Source of the DNA: Vulcanimicrobiota bacterium
Lineage (GTDB): Bacteria; Vulcanimicrobiota; Xenobia; Xenobiales; JADMJV01
Reading direction: 5' to 3'
Length of the DNA stretch: 55,673 bases
Assembly (NCBI GenBank): GCA_050486105.1
Contig: JBJHCR010000004.1
Coordinates: 1-55,673, forward strand
Within the stretch, counting starts at the first letter, position 1. Each line of letters opens with the position of its first letter. The notes under the pieces are model-generated. The model worked only from the letters and a program-made list of their open reading frames with translations, was not told where the DNA came from and did no database searches. Both the position numbers and the translations under genes were made by a program. Positions 26,216-34,849 of the stretch are shown one piece after another.

Positions 26216-29073
26216 GAACTAATCACAATGAGCTTCGATACAGGGACCGTTAAAGGGGTGCGCGATCCGGTTCTCTTATCGAGAATCTCAAACTCCAATT
26301 CATAGATTCCCTCCTCCCAAGGCGCCAACACTTTCCACTCAAGTGTTTCGGTCCCTCCTTCGGGAAGGTCAAGGTTCAAAGGGTTGGATAGCCGGTCCAG
26401 TTCCCAAACGTAGTCTCCTCCAGGGTGCCGATACCTCGTCAACAGCTCCAATTCTCCCCAGCTGACCAAGGGAGATGGGCTATGAAGGTCAAGTTTCAGG
26501 TCTACCATGCTCTTTGGCTTAACTGCGTCCGGCACTTCCAGGTTGCCCTCCAAGGCAGAGAGCCTAGCAACTAGAGAGATCTCTATGGGGAATCGGAACA
26601 ACTCTTGGGGTCCGTCTTCGGTTAGGAGCTCACCAACATAGTCGTACAGACCCTCTTCCAGGGGGGTCACGAATGCTATGCTCTGGATGTCTCCGGCTTC
26701 GGGTGAGAGGAACCCCTCGCCCAGGAGATAGTGCAAAGGCTCTTGATGGACTACCCCGCGGGGGTCTTCTAGTCGAAGTCGCAGCCAACCTAATCGAGCT
26801 TCCTGCTCTTGAGGATTGGCTACGGTCAACTGCAGCGGGTAAGCCGTTCCGGATCGCCACTCGCCTGGTGAACTGTCTGCGACTGAAGCTGGCCCGTTGT
26901 CGGTGACATGGACTAGGCGATGACGGAAAGGGGGAGTGGCGGGAAGCAAATCTGGACCGAGGGCTGGTGGAACCCTGAGATACCAAAGTTGTCGATGGTC
27001 TTCGTCAGAATTGGCCTCGAGCACCAGTCGAGCTTGGGGAGAACCCTTGAGGAGTTCCGGCAGTTCCGACTTGTTGGGGTCGAAGAAAAGCCAATCGGTC
27101 TTGGACAACCAGAGTAGGTCGAGTCGTTCGCTCAACTCCAGGGCCTTGAAGATCGCCGAGCGGTGATAGTTGGGGTGGGCGTGAACTCTTCGGTCTACGG
27201 GTGGTCGCGCTCTACCCGAAATGCGGGCCCCGGTCAGTGTTGCTACTCCACAGTCTGGCCAGAGTCCAAAAGGAGTTTCGTCGCCGAGATTGGTCATGAC
27301 CGTTTCCCCAGGGAGAATCAAGCTGGCCAGAGCACGGGAAGCCTCGATGTCTACAGGTCTCAGCCCCAATTCGCTGCGCTCGATTCGCCAGGTCGAAGGA
27401 GAAATCGGCCCTGGGGCTCCGTTCTTCTGTAGGTCGATGATAGCCCGATTGACCAGCTTTTGGCCAGGCAATAGCCCTGCCACCAGAAGTAAGAGGCCGA
27501 AAAAAACTGGGAAATGCCGGAAATCGAAACGCAGCCGGAGCATTTCGTCGCGGTCTAAGGCCCATACAGGTGGGGCACCTTTCGGTGGCTCCAGCAAGCT
27601 TGCTATCCAGAGTCCGAGGGGAACGGCGAAGCCGAATCCTGCGGCGAACTCCCAGCGAAAATACTCCCACTCGTAGACCGGGCCAAAATCGAAAAGGCCA
27701 GGGACCAGATAGGCCCAGGCGCCGAAGACCCAAAAGGCTAGGGCTGGATAGTGGCGCCGTCTCAAACACCAGGCTAGTGTGAACGGGGATAGGAACAGAG
27801 GCAGCCAATGGGTGATCAAAAACTGGACCGAGAAAATAGAGAGAAATCCCTCTCCACGGACCGGCGGGGCCAGATTGGTGAATGGCTTGGTGGTGAAGGC
27901 CACCGACAGACGCTGGTAAAGCGCTGTGGTCGCTCGAACCTTGAAGAGTTCTTCCTTAGGAAAGGCGATTGAAACGTGTTGTCCCACGTTGAGATCACTT
28001 ACGAGATCGTCAGCGGTTCCTTTTGGGGCAGCCGCTCCGAGACGATGGGAGTTGACGAGGTCGGTTATCGGGCCGCCCTCCACTGCCGCCAAGCCCACCC
28101 CCAGCACGGCAGTTATCAGGGTGCCCAAGAGCAAGTTTCGGCGAGGTTTCTGGGTCCCCCAGGCAACGGGGAACATGATTGCGGCGGTCAAGAGCATGAG
28201 TCCAAAGTGGGTCTCATAGATCAGTTGATAGACTCCCAAGACGATGCCTGCAGTCAGCCAAAGTCCGATTGGAGGACGAGTCGATGCGGTCTTCAGTATT
28301 TCCAAGACCCTAAGCATCAGCCAGAACAGCAAAATCAATACAGCGTAGGCCACTCCATTGTTGCCGTCAGCGCTGTCGGCAAGTCCGACCCTGAAACCGA
28401 CGCACATACCAAAGAAAGCGAAGAGCGTCGCCAGCATGGCTGCCCCTGGCCGGTCACCCCAGCGAATGAAAATGGCGTAGAGCAATCCGGCGGAGGCAAC
28501 CGCAAGGAGAGGATTGAGGAACCAGACCACCTGCAAGGGATCATTGCCATGAGGAAGGAGGGTCCCGATCAAGAGATCCCGACCGTAGTGACCGTTCATA
28601 GAAATTTCTGGGAAAAAAGGGTGAACCGGGGGGAACTGACTCAGGGCGTAGCCGGCAATGAGAGGTTCGTGGATCCAGTTGTCACTGTCGAGAAACCGAA
28701 ATTGGGCATAGAGAACGTAGAATCCGATCAGGCTCAATACCGGCAAGGCTGTGAAAAATAGGGCTCGGCGACTAGGAAGTGGGTTGCTCGCTCTCGGGTC
28801 ATGGGTGTCCGGACAGTTTTCACTCACGGATGGGTGGGGAGGTTCTCCCTTCGTAACTAACCAAATCAGAATCGCCAGGATCGCGAATGCCCCCAGCATA
28901 GACAGGCGTCCGTGAACAGGACCGAGAAAATTGGCTCCCAGGATCAGCAAGCAGGCCCCCAGATTGGGTGCGATGCACAGAGATTCCAGGGGGTGACGCG
29001 TTCCCAGGATGCGCTCGGCGAGGCTAAAGGCTAAGAGGAGTGAGGCCAGTGCCAAGAGGATGGTGACGCCCAT
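26212..29073 (-). CDS. Large polytopic GT-C/DUF2298-like membrane protein, paralog C
   Basis: DSDNWIHEPL...FPPVHPFF...NGHYGR, YETHFGL, FGPVYEWEYFRWEFAA; two C-terminal Ig-like segments (TPLEEGLY, APWEEGIY). Confidence 0.7.
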   Translation of the reverse strand: MGVTILLALASLLLAFSLAERILGTRHPLESLCIAPNLGACLLILGANFLGPVHGRLSMLGAFAILAILIWLVTKGEPPHPSVSENCPDTHDPRASNPLPSRRALFFTALPVLSLIGFYVLYAQFRFLDSDNWIHEPLIAGYALSQFPPVHPFFPEISMNGHYGRDLLIGTLLPHGNDPLQVVWFLNPLLAVASAGLLYAIFIRWGDRPGAAMLATLFAFFGMCVGFRVGLADSADGNNGVAYAVLILLFWLMLRVLEILKTASTRPPIGLWLTAGIVLGVYQLIYETHFGLMLLTAAIMFPVAWGTQKPRRNLLLGTLITAVLGVGLAAVEGGPITDLVNSHRLGAAAPKGTADDLVSDLNVGQHVSIAFPKEELFKVRATTALYQRLSVAFTTKPFTNLAPPVRGEGFLSIFSVQFLITHWLPLFLSPFTLAWCLRRRHYPALAFWVFGAWAYLVPGLFDFGPVYEWEYFRWEFAAGFGFAVPLGLWIASLLEPPKGAPPVWALDRDEMLRLRFDFRHFPVFFGLLLLVAGLLPGQKLVNRAIIDLQKNGAPGPISPSTWRIERSELGLRPVDIEASRALASLILPGETVMTNLGDETPFGLWPDCGVATLTGARISGRARPPVDRRVHAHPNYHRSAIFKALELSERLDLLWLSKTDWLFFDPNKSELPELLKGSPQARLVLEANSDEDHRQLWYLRVPPALGPDLLPATPPFRHRLVHVTDNGPASVADSSPGEWRSGTAYPLQLTVANPQEQEARLGWLRLRLEDPRGVVHQEPLHYLLGEGFLSPEAGDIQSIAFVTPLEEGLYDYVGELLTEDGPQELFRFPIEISLVARLSALEGNLEVPDAVKPKSMVDLKLDLHSPSPLVSWGELELLTRYRHPGGDYVWELDRLSNPLNLDLPEGGTETLEWKVLAPWEEGIYELEFEILDKRTGSRTPLTVPVSKLIVISS

Positions 29074-29171
29074 GACGGAAGGCGGTTCTTGGTCTCTTCC
29101 GGTTCCCCTTTCCCGAGCAGAGCCACACTTTTCAAGAAGTCCCCTAGTAAAACTCTCCTGTTGCTAGGAAG

Positions 29172-30377
29172 GTGACTCCGGATGCAGAAGATGGTCAGGT
29201 GGATAACTATCAGCTAAGGAAGGCTCGGGAAAAAGCGCGACAAGAGCGCTTCCAGAAGCGTCAAACGGCTGATACTCCGATGGACGAGCTGAAAGAGCAG
29301 ATCCAAGGATTGTTCGGTCGAGGGGAACGCCGGTACAGAGTCCCCGGTGAAGACCTCACGATTTTCACCCGTCAGTTGTCCACCATGCTGGGTTCTGGGA
29401 TTCCGCTGCATCAGGCCCTGCTCTACTACGGAGAGAATAGTGAAGGCGACCTTCCCTTCATTATCAGGAAAGTTGCCACCGACGTTTCCAGCGGATTCAC
29501 CTTTTCAGCAGCCATGCGAGCCTATCCCACCGTTTTCAATACGGTCTATATCTCGCTGGCAGAGATGGGTGAGCAATCAGGACAGTTGACCACCGCTTTT
29601 AAGCGCTTGGCCGACCTCATGGAAAGACAAACCAACATGCGCAAGCGGGTGGTCTCGGCCCTCACTTACCCGTGTGTCCTTATGGTTGTTTCTTGCTTGG
29701 CTATCGCAGGGTTCATCTACTACGTTTTACCGATGATGGAGCCCATGTTCACCGGGACCGGGATGCCGCTTCCACTTCCCACCAAGATTCTGTTGTCCTT
29801 AAGGACGGTGGTTCCTTTGGGAACTCTTCTGGCAATTTTAGCGGTCATCGGTTTGTGGTTAGGGCAACCCTGGGTCAAAAGGCATTTCGCCAATCATCCA
29901 GAGCAAGAGCGTAGGCTCCACCAGATACCTCTGCATATTCCCGTGGTCTCTGGAATCTTCGGCAAGTTGGCTACAGCCCGCGTCCTCTATTCCATGTCCA
30001 CCATGCTCGATGCGGGTATGACCATGACTGCGACTATAAAAAAATCCGCTGCTGCTGCCGGCAACGCTTTTATATCCTATAAGCTGATTCGAGCTAACGA
30101 GCGAATTATGGAAGGGGCTTCGCTCGGCGAAGCTTTGGCTTTATTCGAGGTGTTCCCACCAGGAGCCATTCAGATGTTGGCAGTAGGTGAAGAGTCGGCC
30201 AATCTCTCCGACATGGTTGCTCATGTAGCCATACTTTATGACTCCGAAGTGGAATTGGCGCTCAACGACATCGCTTCGGTCCTAGAGCCCATCATAATGG
30301 TGGTCATGGGAGGGGTGGTTGGATTTATTGTTTTGGCCGCCATCTTGCCGACGGTTCAACTCATCCAGAATCTCTAG
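29172..30377 (+). CDS. pilC: Type IV pilus / T2SS inner-membrane platform protein (PilC/GspF)
   Basis: FTRQLSTMLGSGIPL, GEQSGQL, SALTYP, VGEES, LEP motifs; two T2SSF repeats. Confidence 0.92.
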   Translation: MTPDAEDGQVDNYQLRKAREKARQERFQKRQTADTPMDELKEQIQGLFGRGERRYRVPGEDLTIFTRQLSTMLGSGIPLHQALLYYGENSEGDLPFIIRKVATDVSSGFTFSAAMRAYPTVFNTVYISLAEMGEQSGQLTTAFKRLADLMERQTNMRKRVVSALTYPCVLMVVSCLAIAGFIYYVLPMMEPMFTGTGMPLPLPTKILLSLRTVVPLGTLLAILAVIGLWLGQPWVKRHFANHPEQERRLHQIPLHIPVVSGIFGKLATARVLYSMSTMLDAGMTMTATIKKSAAAAGNAFISYKLIRANERIMEGASLGEALALFEVFPPGAIQMLAVGEESANLSDMVAHVAILYDSEVELALNDIASVLEPIIMVVMGGVVGFIVLAAILPTVQLIQNL

Positions 30378-30390
30378 TGGTCCGAACCTC

Positions 30391-30999
30391 TCACCCTTCG
30401 GAGCTGTTCTTGACCCGGGGCCTTTTTCCGCCCAAGATTGAGGGCACCGCGACCTCGATGGAGTAGAGACTGTGCGCGATCATTTCCACCGATTCCTCGA
30501 AAATTTCTTCTGAATCTTCGGTGATCTCGGCTTCTCGTTCGAGGATGGCCCGGGCACGAGACAGATACGGAGCAAAGTCCACCACCTTTGGCCCGGGAGT
30601 TGAGCCTGAGGTCGCCGCTCGCAAACCTTCCTGAGATTTGTTCTCGATCTTCTTGAGTTTGGCTTCGAGCACTTGGCTGAATTCGGTCTCTACGGCATCG
30701 AGGTACAGTCTGGCTCGAGCGAGGTTTGCAATGGCGGTCTCGGCGTTCTCGATAGTCAGTTCTCCAGGTTGTTCTCCGAAAAACCACCAGACAGGTCGAC
30801 CGACAATGCGAGCGAACCGCCTCAATTCACTCACGGTCATCTCCTTTTGGCCTTTGAGGTGTTCCTGGAGCACCTTGGGCCCGTCCAGGCCGATCTCCTC
30901 AGCCACTTCCTCGGCGCTCTTTTCCGACTCCAAGAAACTAGAGCGGAGTTTCGCCCTGAAGGTGGCGAGAAAAGGAGCCGAGTCAATAAAGTTTTCCAT
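30391..30999 (-). CDS. Putative XRE-family HTH regulator
   Basis: SAEEVAEEIGL...LKGQKEMTVSELRRFARIVGRPVWWFFGE followed by a coiled region. Confidence 0.6.
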   Translation of the reverse strand: MENFIDSAPFLATFRAKLRSSFLESEKSAEEVAEEIGLDGPKVLQEHLKGQKEMTVSELRRFARIVGRPVWWFFGEQPGELTIENAETAIANLARARLYLDAVETEFSQVLEAKLKKIENKSQEGLRAATSGSTPGPKVVDFAPYLSRARAILEREAEITEDSEEIFEESVEMIAHSLYSIEVAVPSILGGKRPRVKNSSEG

Positions 31000-31231
31000 A
31001 AGCCCAGTATTGGCTTAAAGTTGGGTGATCCTCTGCCCGTAACGGCAATTATTGAAGTTGAATGTCAACGGCCCCCTAGAAGTTAACATGATTTGCCCCA
31101 GGTCTAAGGAACTCCTAAGCACCATCTCTTAATCTGAGCTTGTGAGGCGTCGCCCTAGAAAGATCGGAAAACGCCAAGTAGTTATTTTAGGTAATTTTCA
31201 GGCAAGCCAGGTAGGCTAGGCTTAAGGAACG

Positions 31232-31549
31232 ATGACCATGACTTCAAGCATAAACCTCAGACAATTCAATCCCAAGAGACCTCGTCTGCAATACATTGCA
31301 TCCACGAGATTGCATTGCCCAATCTTAGAGTTCAAGAGAGTCGAGACCGCCTTCGGGACCATTTATTGGGACCAAACCAAGGCGCTCCCCGGTTTTCTGA
31401 GCGGGCTGTTTGGTGGGATGTTCGGATTTCTCGCTGGAGCAGTGGCCGGCTTTCAGGCCTTTGGCGGATTCGGGGGATTTGTCTTCGGACTCTTGGGGTG
31501 TGCTCTCGGCTCCGTTGCTTCCGCGTTGGCTGTGGTGCGAGTAAAGTAG
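31232..31549 (+). CDS. Small glycine-zipper membrane protein
   Basis: AAGGA SD; C-terminal GxxxG-rich hydrophobic hairpin. Confidence 0.55.
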   Translation: MTMTSSINLRQFNPKRPRLQYIASTRLHCPILEFKRVETAFGTIYWDQTKALPGFLSGLFGGMFGFLAGAVAGFQAFGGFGGFVFGLLGCALGSVASALAVVRVK

Positions 31550-31627
31550 TAACTCATCAGAGCCAGAAGGTTTCCCGCTATCCCAGAGTCGAATCCTGGG
31601 GGTAGTCTGATCGCGTCTGGAGCCGCC

Positions 31628-32998
31628 TTGCCCCCCTATCTGACTTTAGCTGACACCGCCTGGCTACACCTTGAGCAGCCGCACAATCTTATGATGATCA
31701 GCGGTCTCCTGATGTTGGATCGCAATCCCGACCGCGAGCGCTTAGAAATCATCCTGACCGAGAGACTTCTTTGCTTCGACCGTTTTCGTATGCTGGTGGT
31801 AGAGCCCCATCTCGGAGTAGGGCTGCCGCACTGGGAGTTCGATCCGCAGTTTCAACTTGCTCGACATTTGGGAGTAGAATCACTAGACGCTGGAGACGAA
31901 GGTACGCTGATGCTTAGGGTTGGAGAGCTCATGAGTGAGCCCTTGCCTCGGGACCGGCCACTCTGGGATCTGAGAGTCTTTGAGGACCTTGAGAATGGGG
32001 CCGCAGTGCTGGTTCGCCTTCATCACGCCATCGCCGATGGCATCGCCCTCGTTAGAGTTTTGCTGAACTTAGCCTGTCCACATCCGGAACACGAAATCGA
32101 ACCGAGTGTCCCTGAAGTGACTCCAGGGGGCCGTGGGACTGAGCCTTCGACCTTGGGCAAGAACTGGAAAAGGACCACCAAGGCAGCGAATCAACTCCTG
32201 AAGGCCGGTCACCAACTGCTTTTCCATCCTAGCGAAGCAGTCGCTCTGCTTTCTGGGAGTGTGCAGGCTGGCAAGGCTTTAGGTCGAGTCCTGACTCTTC
32301 CCGAAGATCGCCCCAATGTCCTAAGAGGAAGTCTCTCGGTCAAAAAGGTTGCAGCGGTTTCGCAACCCTTGTCGGTAGAAGCTCTGAAGGTAAAGGGGAA
32401 GAGACTGGGGTGCACGGTTAACGACCTCCTCATGGCGGTCCTAGCTGGTGCTTTCGGGAGACACCTGGCTCGCTCACAGGCCGTGGAACCAGACTTAGAG
32501 ATACGGGCCGTGGTTCCGGTGGATCTTAGAGGCGGTCAGGTGAAGGAGTTGGGGAATAAGTTTGGCCTTGTTTTCTTGCCTCTCCCAGTGGGTGAGCCAG
32601 ACCCACTAAGGCGCCTGGATAGGGTCCATCAGGCCATGCAGAATCTCAAGAACTCGGCAGAGGCTTTCATCACTTTTGAGTTGCTCAGTGCAGCGGGAAT
32701 TTTACCCGTTCAGCTCGAGCAAACTCTCATCGAATGGTTTGGCAACAAGGCGACAGCAGTTGTGACGAATCTTCACGGCCCAGACCAACCTATTTACCTT
32801 GGGGCAGCCAAGCTTACGGGCTTGATGTTTTGGGTTCCCCAGTCAGGTCAACTCGGAGTGGGAGTCAGCATGATAAGTTATGCGGGTGAGCTTCGAGTTG
32901 GAGTGGCGAGCGACTCAGGTCTGATGCCGGAACCTGGCCTATTTGTTGCGGATTTTCAACAGGCCTATGATGAGTTGTTGGATGGGCAGGATAGATGA
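31628..32998 (+). CDS. Wax ester synthase / diacylglycerol acyltransferase (WS/DGAT)
   Basis: HHAIADG catalytic motif, RDRPLW, TVNDLLMA, LGNKFG, TNLHGP, SYAG; TTG start with GGAG SD. Confidence 0.92.
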   Translation: MPPYLTLADTAWLHLEQPHNLMMISGLLMLDRNPDRERLEIILTERLLCFDRFRMLVVEPHLGVGLPHWEFDPQFQLARHLGVESLDAGDEGTLMLRVGELMSEPLPRDRPLWDLRVFEDLENGAAVLVRLHHAIADGIALVRVLLNLACPHPEHEIEPSVPEVTPGGRGTEPSTLGKNWKRTTKAANQLLKAGHQLLFHPSEAVALLSGSVQAGKALGRVLTLPEDRPNVLRGSLSVKKVAAVSQPLSVEALKVKGKRLGCTVNDLLMAVLAGAFGRHLARSQAVEPDLEIRAVVPVDLRGGQVKELGNKFGLVFLPLPVGEPDPLRRLDRVHQAMQNLKNSAEAFITFELLSAAGILPVQLEQTLIEWFGNKATAVVTNLHGPDQPIYLGAAKLTGLMFWVPQSGQLGVGVSMISYAGELRVGVASDSGLMPEPGLFVADFQQAYDELLDGQDR

Positions 32999-34542
32999 AA
33001 TTTGTTCCCAGCATGATTCTTCGGAGACTTTATCAACGCCAAAGTCTTCACAACGGGCCATCGGGAGCGACGTTCTCGATCAAGAATAGGCTCAAAGAAA
33101 CGAACTTGACTCGAGTGCTCTCCCTGGAGATTGATGGGGTGGCTGTGGACTTGGAAGGCGTTCTGTGCCGAACCGCAGAGGGAGAACGTCGCGCTAAGGA
33201 CCTCACAGAGGATTGCCCTCTGGACCTTCCGCTAGGTGCCACCGTTGAGCTCTGTGTTTCTTCATTGAGTCTTGAGCCTGGGAACCATCGCCTCAGATTG
33301 ACGTTTCAGGCCCCTCCCTTCGGGGTTCTAACCCTTGATGTCGAGGACCAATTGCGCCTCGAAGAGCGCGAGCAGACGGCCATCCCTCGCCACCCCAGGG
33401 ATGATTACTCCCAGGAGGCAATCGAGAGCAGGCTGGAGTTCTTGCATCATCATTGCGAGGGTCACTTGCACCACACCACTAAGCAAAGTTTCGATCCTCA
33501 TCTCACCCAAGGGAACATCGAGAACTTTGTCGGTGTGGCCCAGGTTCCCGTGGGACTGGCCGGACCACTGTTGATGAACGGAGAGCACGCCCAAGGAGAA
33601 TTCTACATTCCCTTGGCCACTACCGAAGGAACTTTGGTGGCTTCTTACAGTCGAGGTATGAAGCTCGTCAAGCGATGCGGAGGGGTGACTTGTACGGTCG
33701 TAGGAGATCAGATGCAGCGGGCTCCGGTTTTTGTCTTCTCGAGCGCCCGAGGTGGGCGGCGGTTTGTCGATTGGGTCGTCAGCAAGTTGTCGGAAATACG
33801 GGAAGTGGCTGAGGCCACGTCTACCGTGGCTCGACTGAAGCATATCGACTACTATCTCAGCAATCGATTTGCTTACTTGCGTTTTAATTTCACCACCGGA
33901 GACGCAGCAGGGCAGAACATGGTGGGTCGAGCCACCTTTGCTGCCTGCAATTGGATTTTGGAGAATTACAGACCAAACGAGATTCAAAGATTTTTCTTGG
34001 AATCGAATTTTGCCACTGACAAGAAGGCTTCCATGATCAACATTATGAGGACTCGAGGCAAGAGAGTCACCGCAGAGGTGACGGTTCCCCAGCAGGTTCT
34101 CATGGAGGTCATGGGGGTCGACACCGAAGTGCTGGCTTACCACCACGGGGTGGCCAATGTGGGGTCCTTCTTGGCTGGAGTCAACAATAACGGCTTGCAT
34201 TCCGCCAACGCTATTACAGCTCTGTTCATCGCTACCGGCCAGGATGTGGCCAACGTTTCGGAGGCCTCAGCGGCCATCATCTACACCGAGTTGCTGGAGA
34301 ACCGAGATTTATATTTCTCCATCACACTGCCGTCCCTTATAGTGGCAACTTACGGCGGTGGGACGGGCCTTGCTACCCAGAGAGAGTGCTTGGAAATGAT
34401 GGGCTGCTACGGCACCGGGAAGGTTCTCAAGTTTGCCGAATTGGTAGCTGGAACAGTGCTGGCCGGAGAACTTTCCTTGGCTTCAGCGATTTCATCTCTC
34501 GATTGGGTGTCGTCCCACGAGGCCTTAGGGCGCAATCGCTGA
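32995..34542 (+). CDS. Class I HMG-CoA-reductase-like oxidoreductase with ~120-aa N-terminal extra domain
   Basis: IENFVG, ATTEG, GDAAGQNM, TDKK, TGQD, GGGT and C-terminal His (SSHEAL); ATGA overlap with WS/DGAT. Confidence 0.88.
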   Translation: MKFVPSMILRRLYQRQSLHNGPSGATFSIKNRLKETNLTRVLSLEIDGVAVDLEGVLCRTAEGERRAKDLTEDCPLDLPLGATVELCVSSLSLEPGNHRLRLTFQAPPFGVLTLDVEDQLRLEEREQTAIPRHPRDDYSQEAIESRLEFLHHHCEGHLHHTTKQSFDPHLTQGNIENFVGVAQVPVGLAGPLLMNGEHAQGEFYIPLATTEGTLVASYSRGMKLVKRCGGVTCTVVGDQMQRAPVFVFSSARGGRRFVDWVVSKLSEIREVAEATSTVARLKHIDYYLSNRFAYLRFNFTTGDAAGQNMVGRATFAACNWILENYRPNEIQRFFLESNFATDKKASMINIMRTRGKRVTAEVTVPQQVLMEVMGVDTEVLAYHHGVANVGSFLAGVNNNGLHSANAITALFIATGQDVANVSEASAAIIYTELLENRDLYFSITLPSLIVATYGGGTGLATQRECLEMMGCYGTGKVLKFAELVAGTVLAGELSLASAISSLDWVSSHEALGRNR

Positions 34543-34849
34543 GCCCTTCCTTCTTCTGATGGAACGGGACTCACCCGTCGCTTGGGTCGACAGGAAAAAA
34601 AGCTTCCGCCTTGGCAATAAACTCGCGTTTCCTCACGTTATAAGTCTGCAGATGAAGGCTCCAGATGTTTTGGGGTTGGATCCCCCCGCTGGTTTGGCCG
34701 TTTCTTGGAATTGACGGTCTCCCGACAGTTGAGCGGTTCGAGCGGGTTTCTGACTAGGTCTCTCGGGTATACCTTTCCTTCGAGGCCATGGGACTGCACC
34801 TTTTGTGCGGCAGTCGAGTTGCATAGCGTATTGGGAGTTCGATAGGGTA

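Noticed and set aside
32995-34542. Evidence for a mevalonate isoprenoid operon
   Set aside because: No HMG-CoA synthase, mevalonate kinases, decarboxylase or IDI in the window, and the HMG-binding residues look altered.
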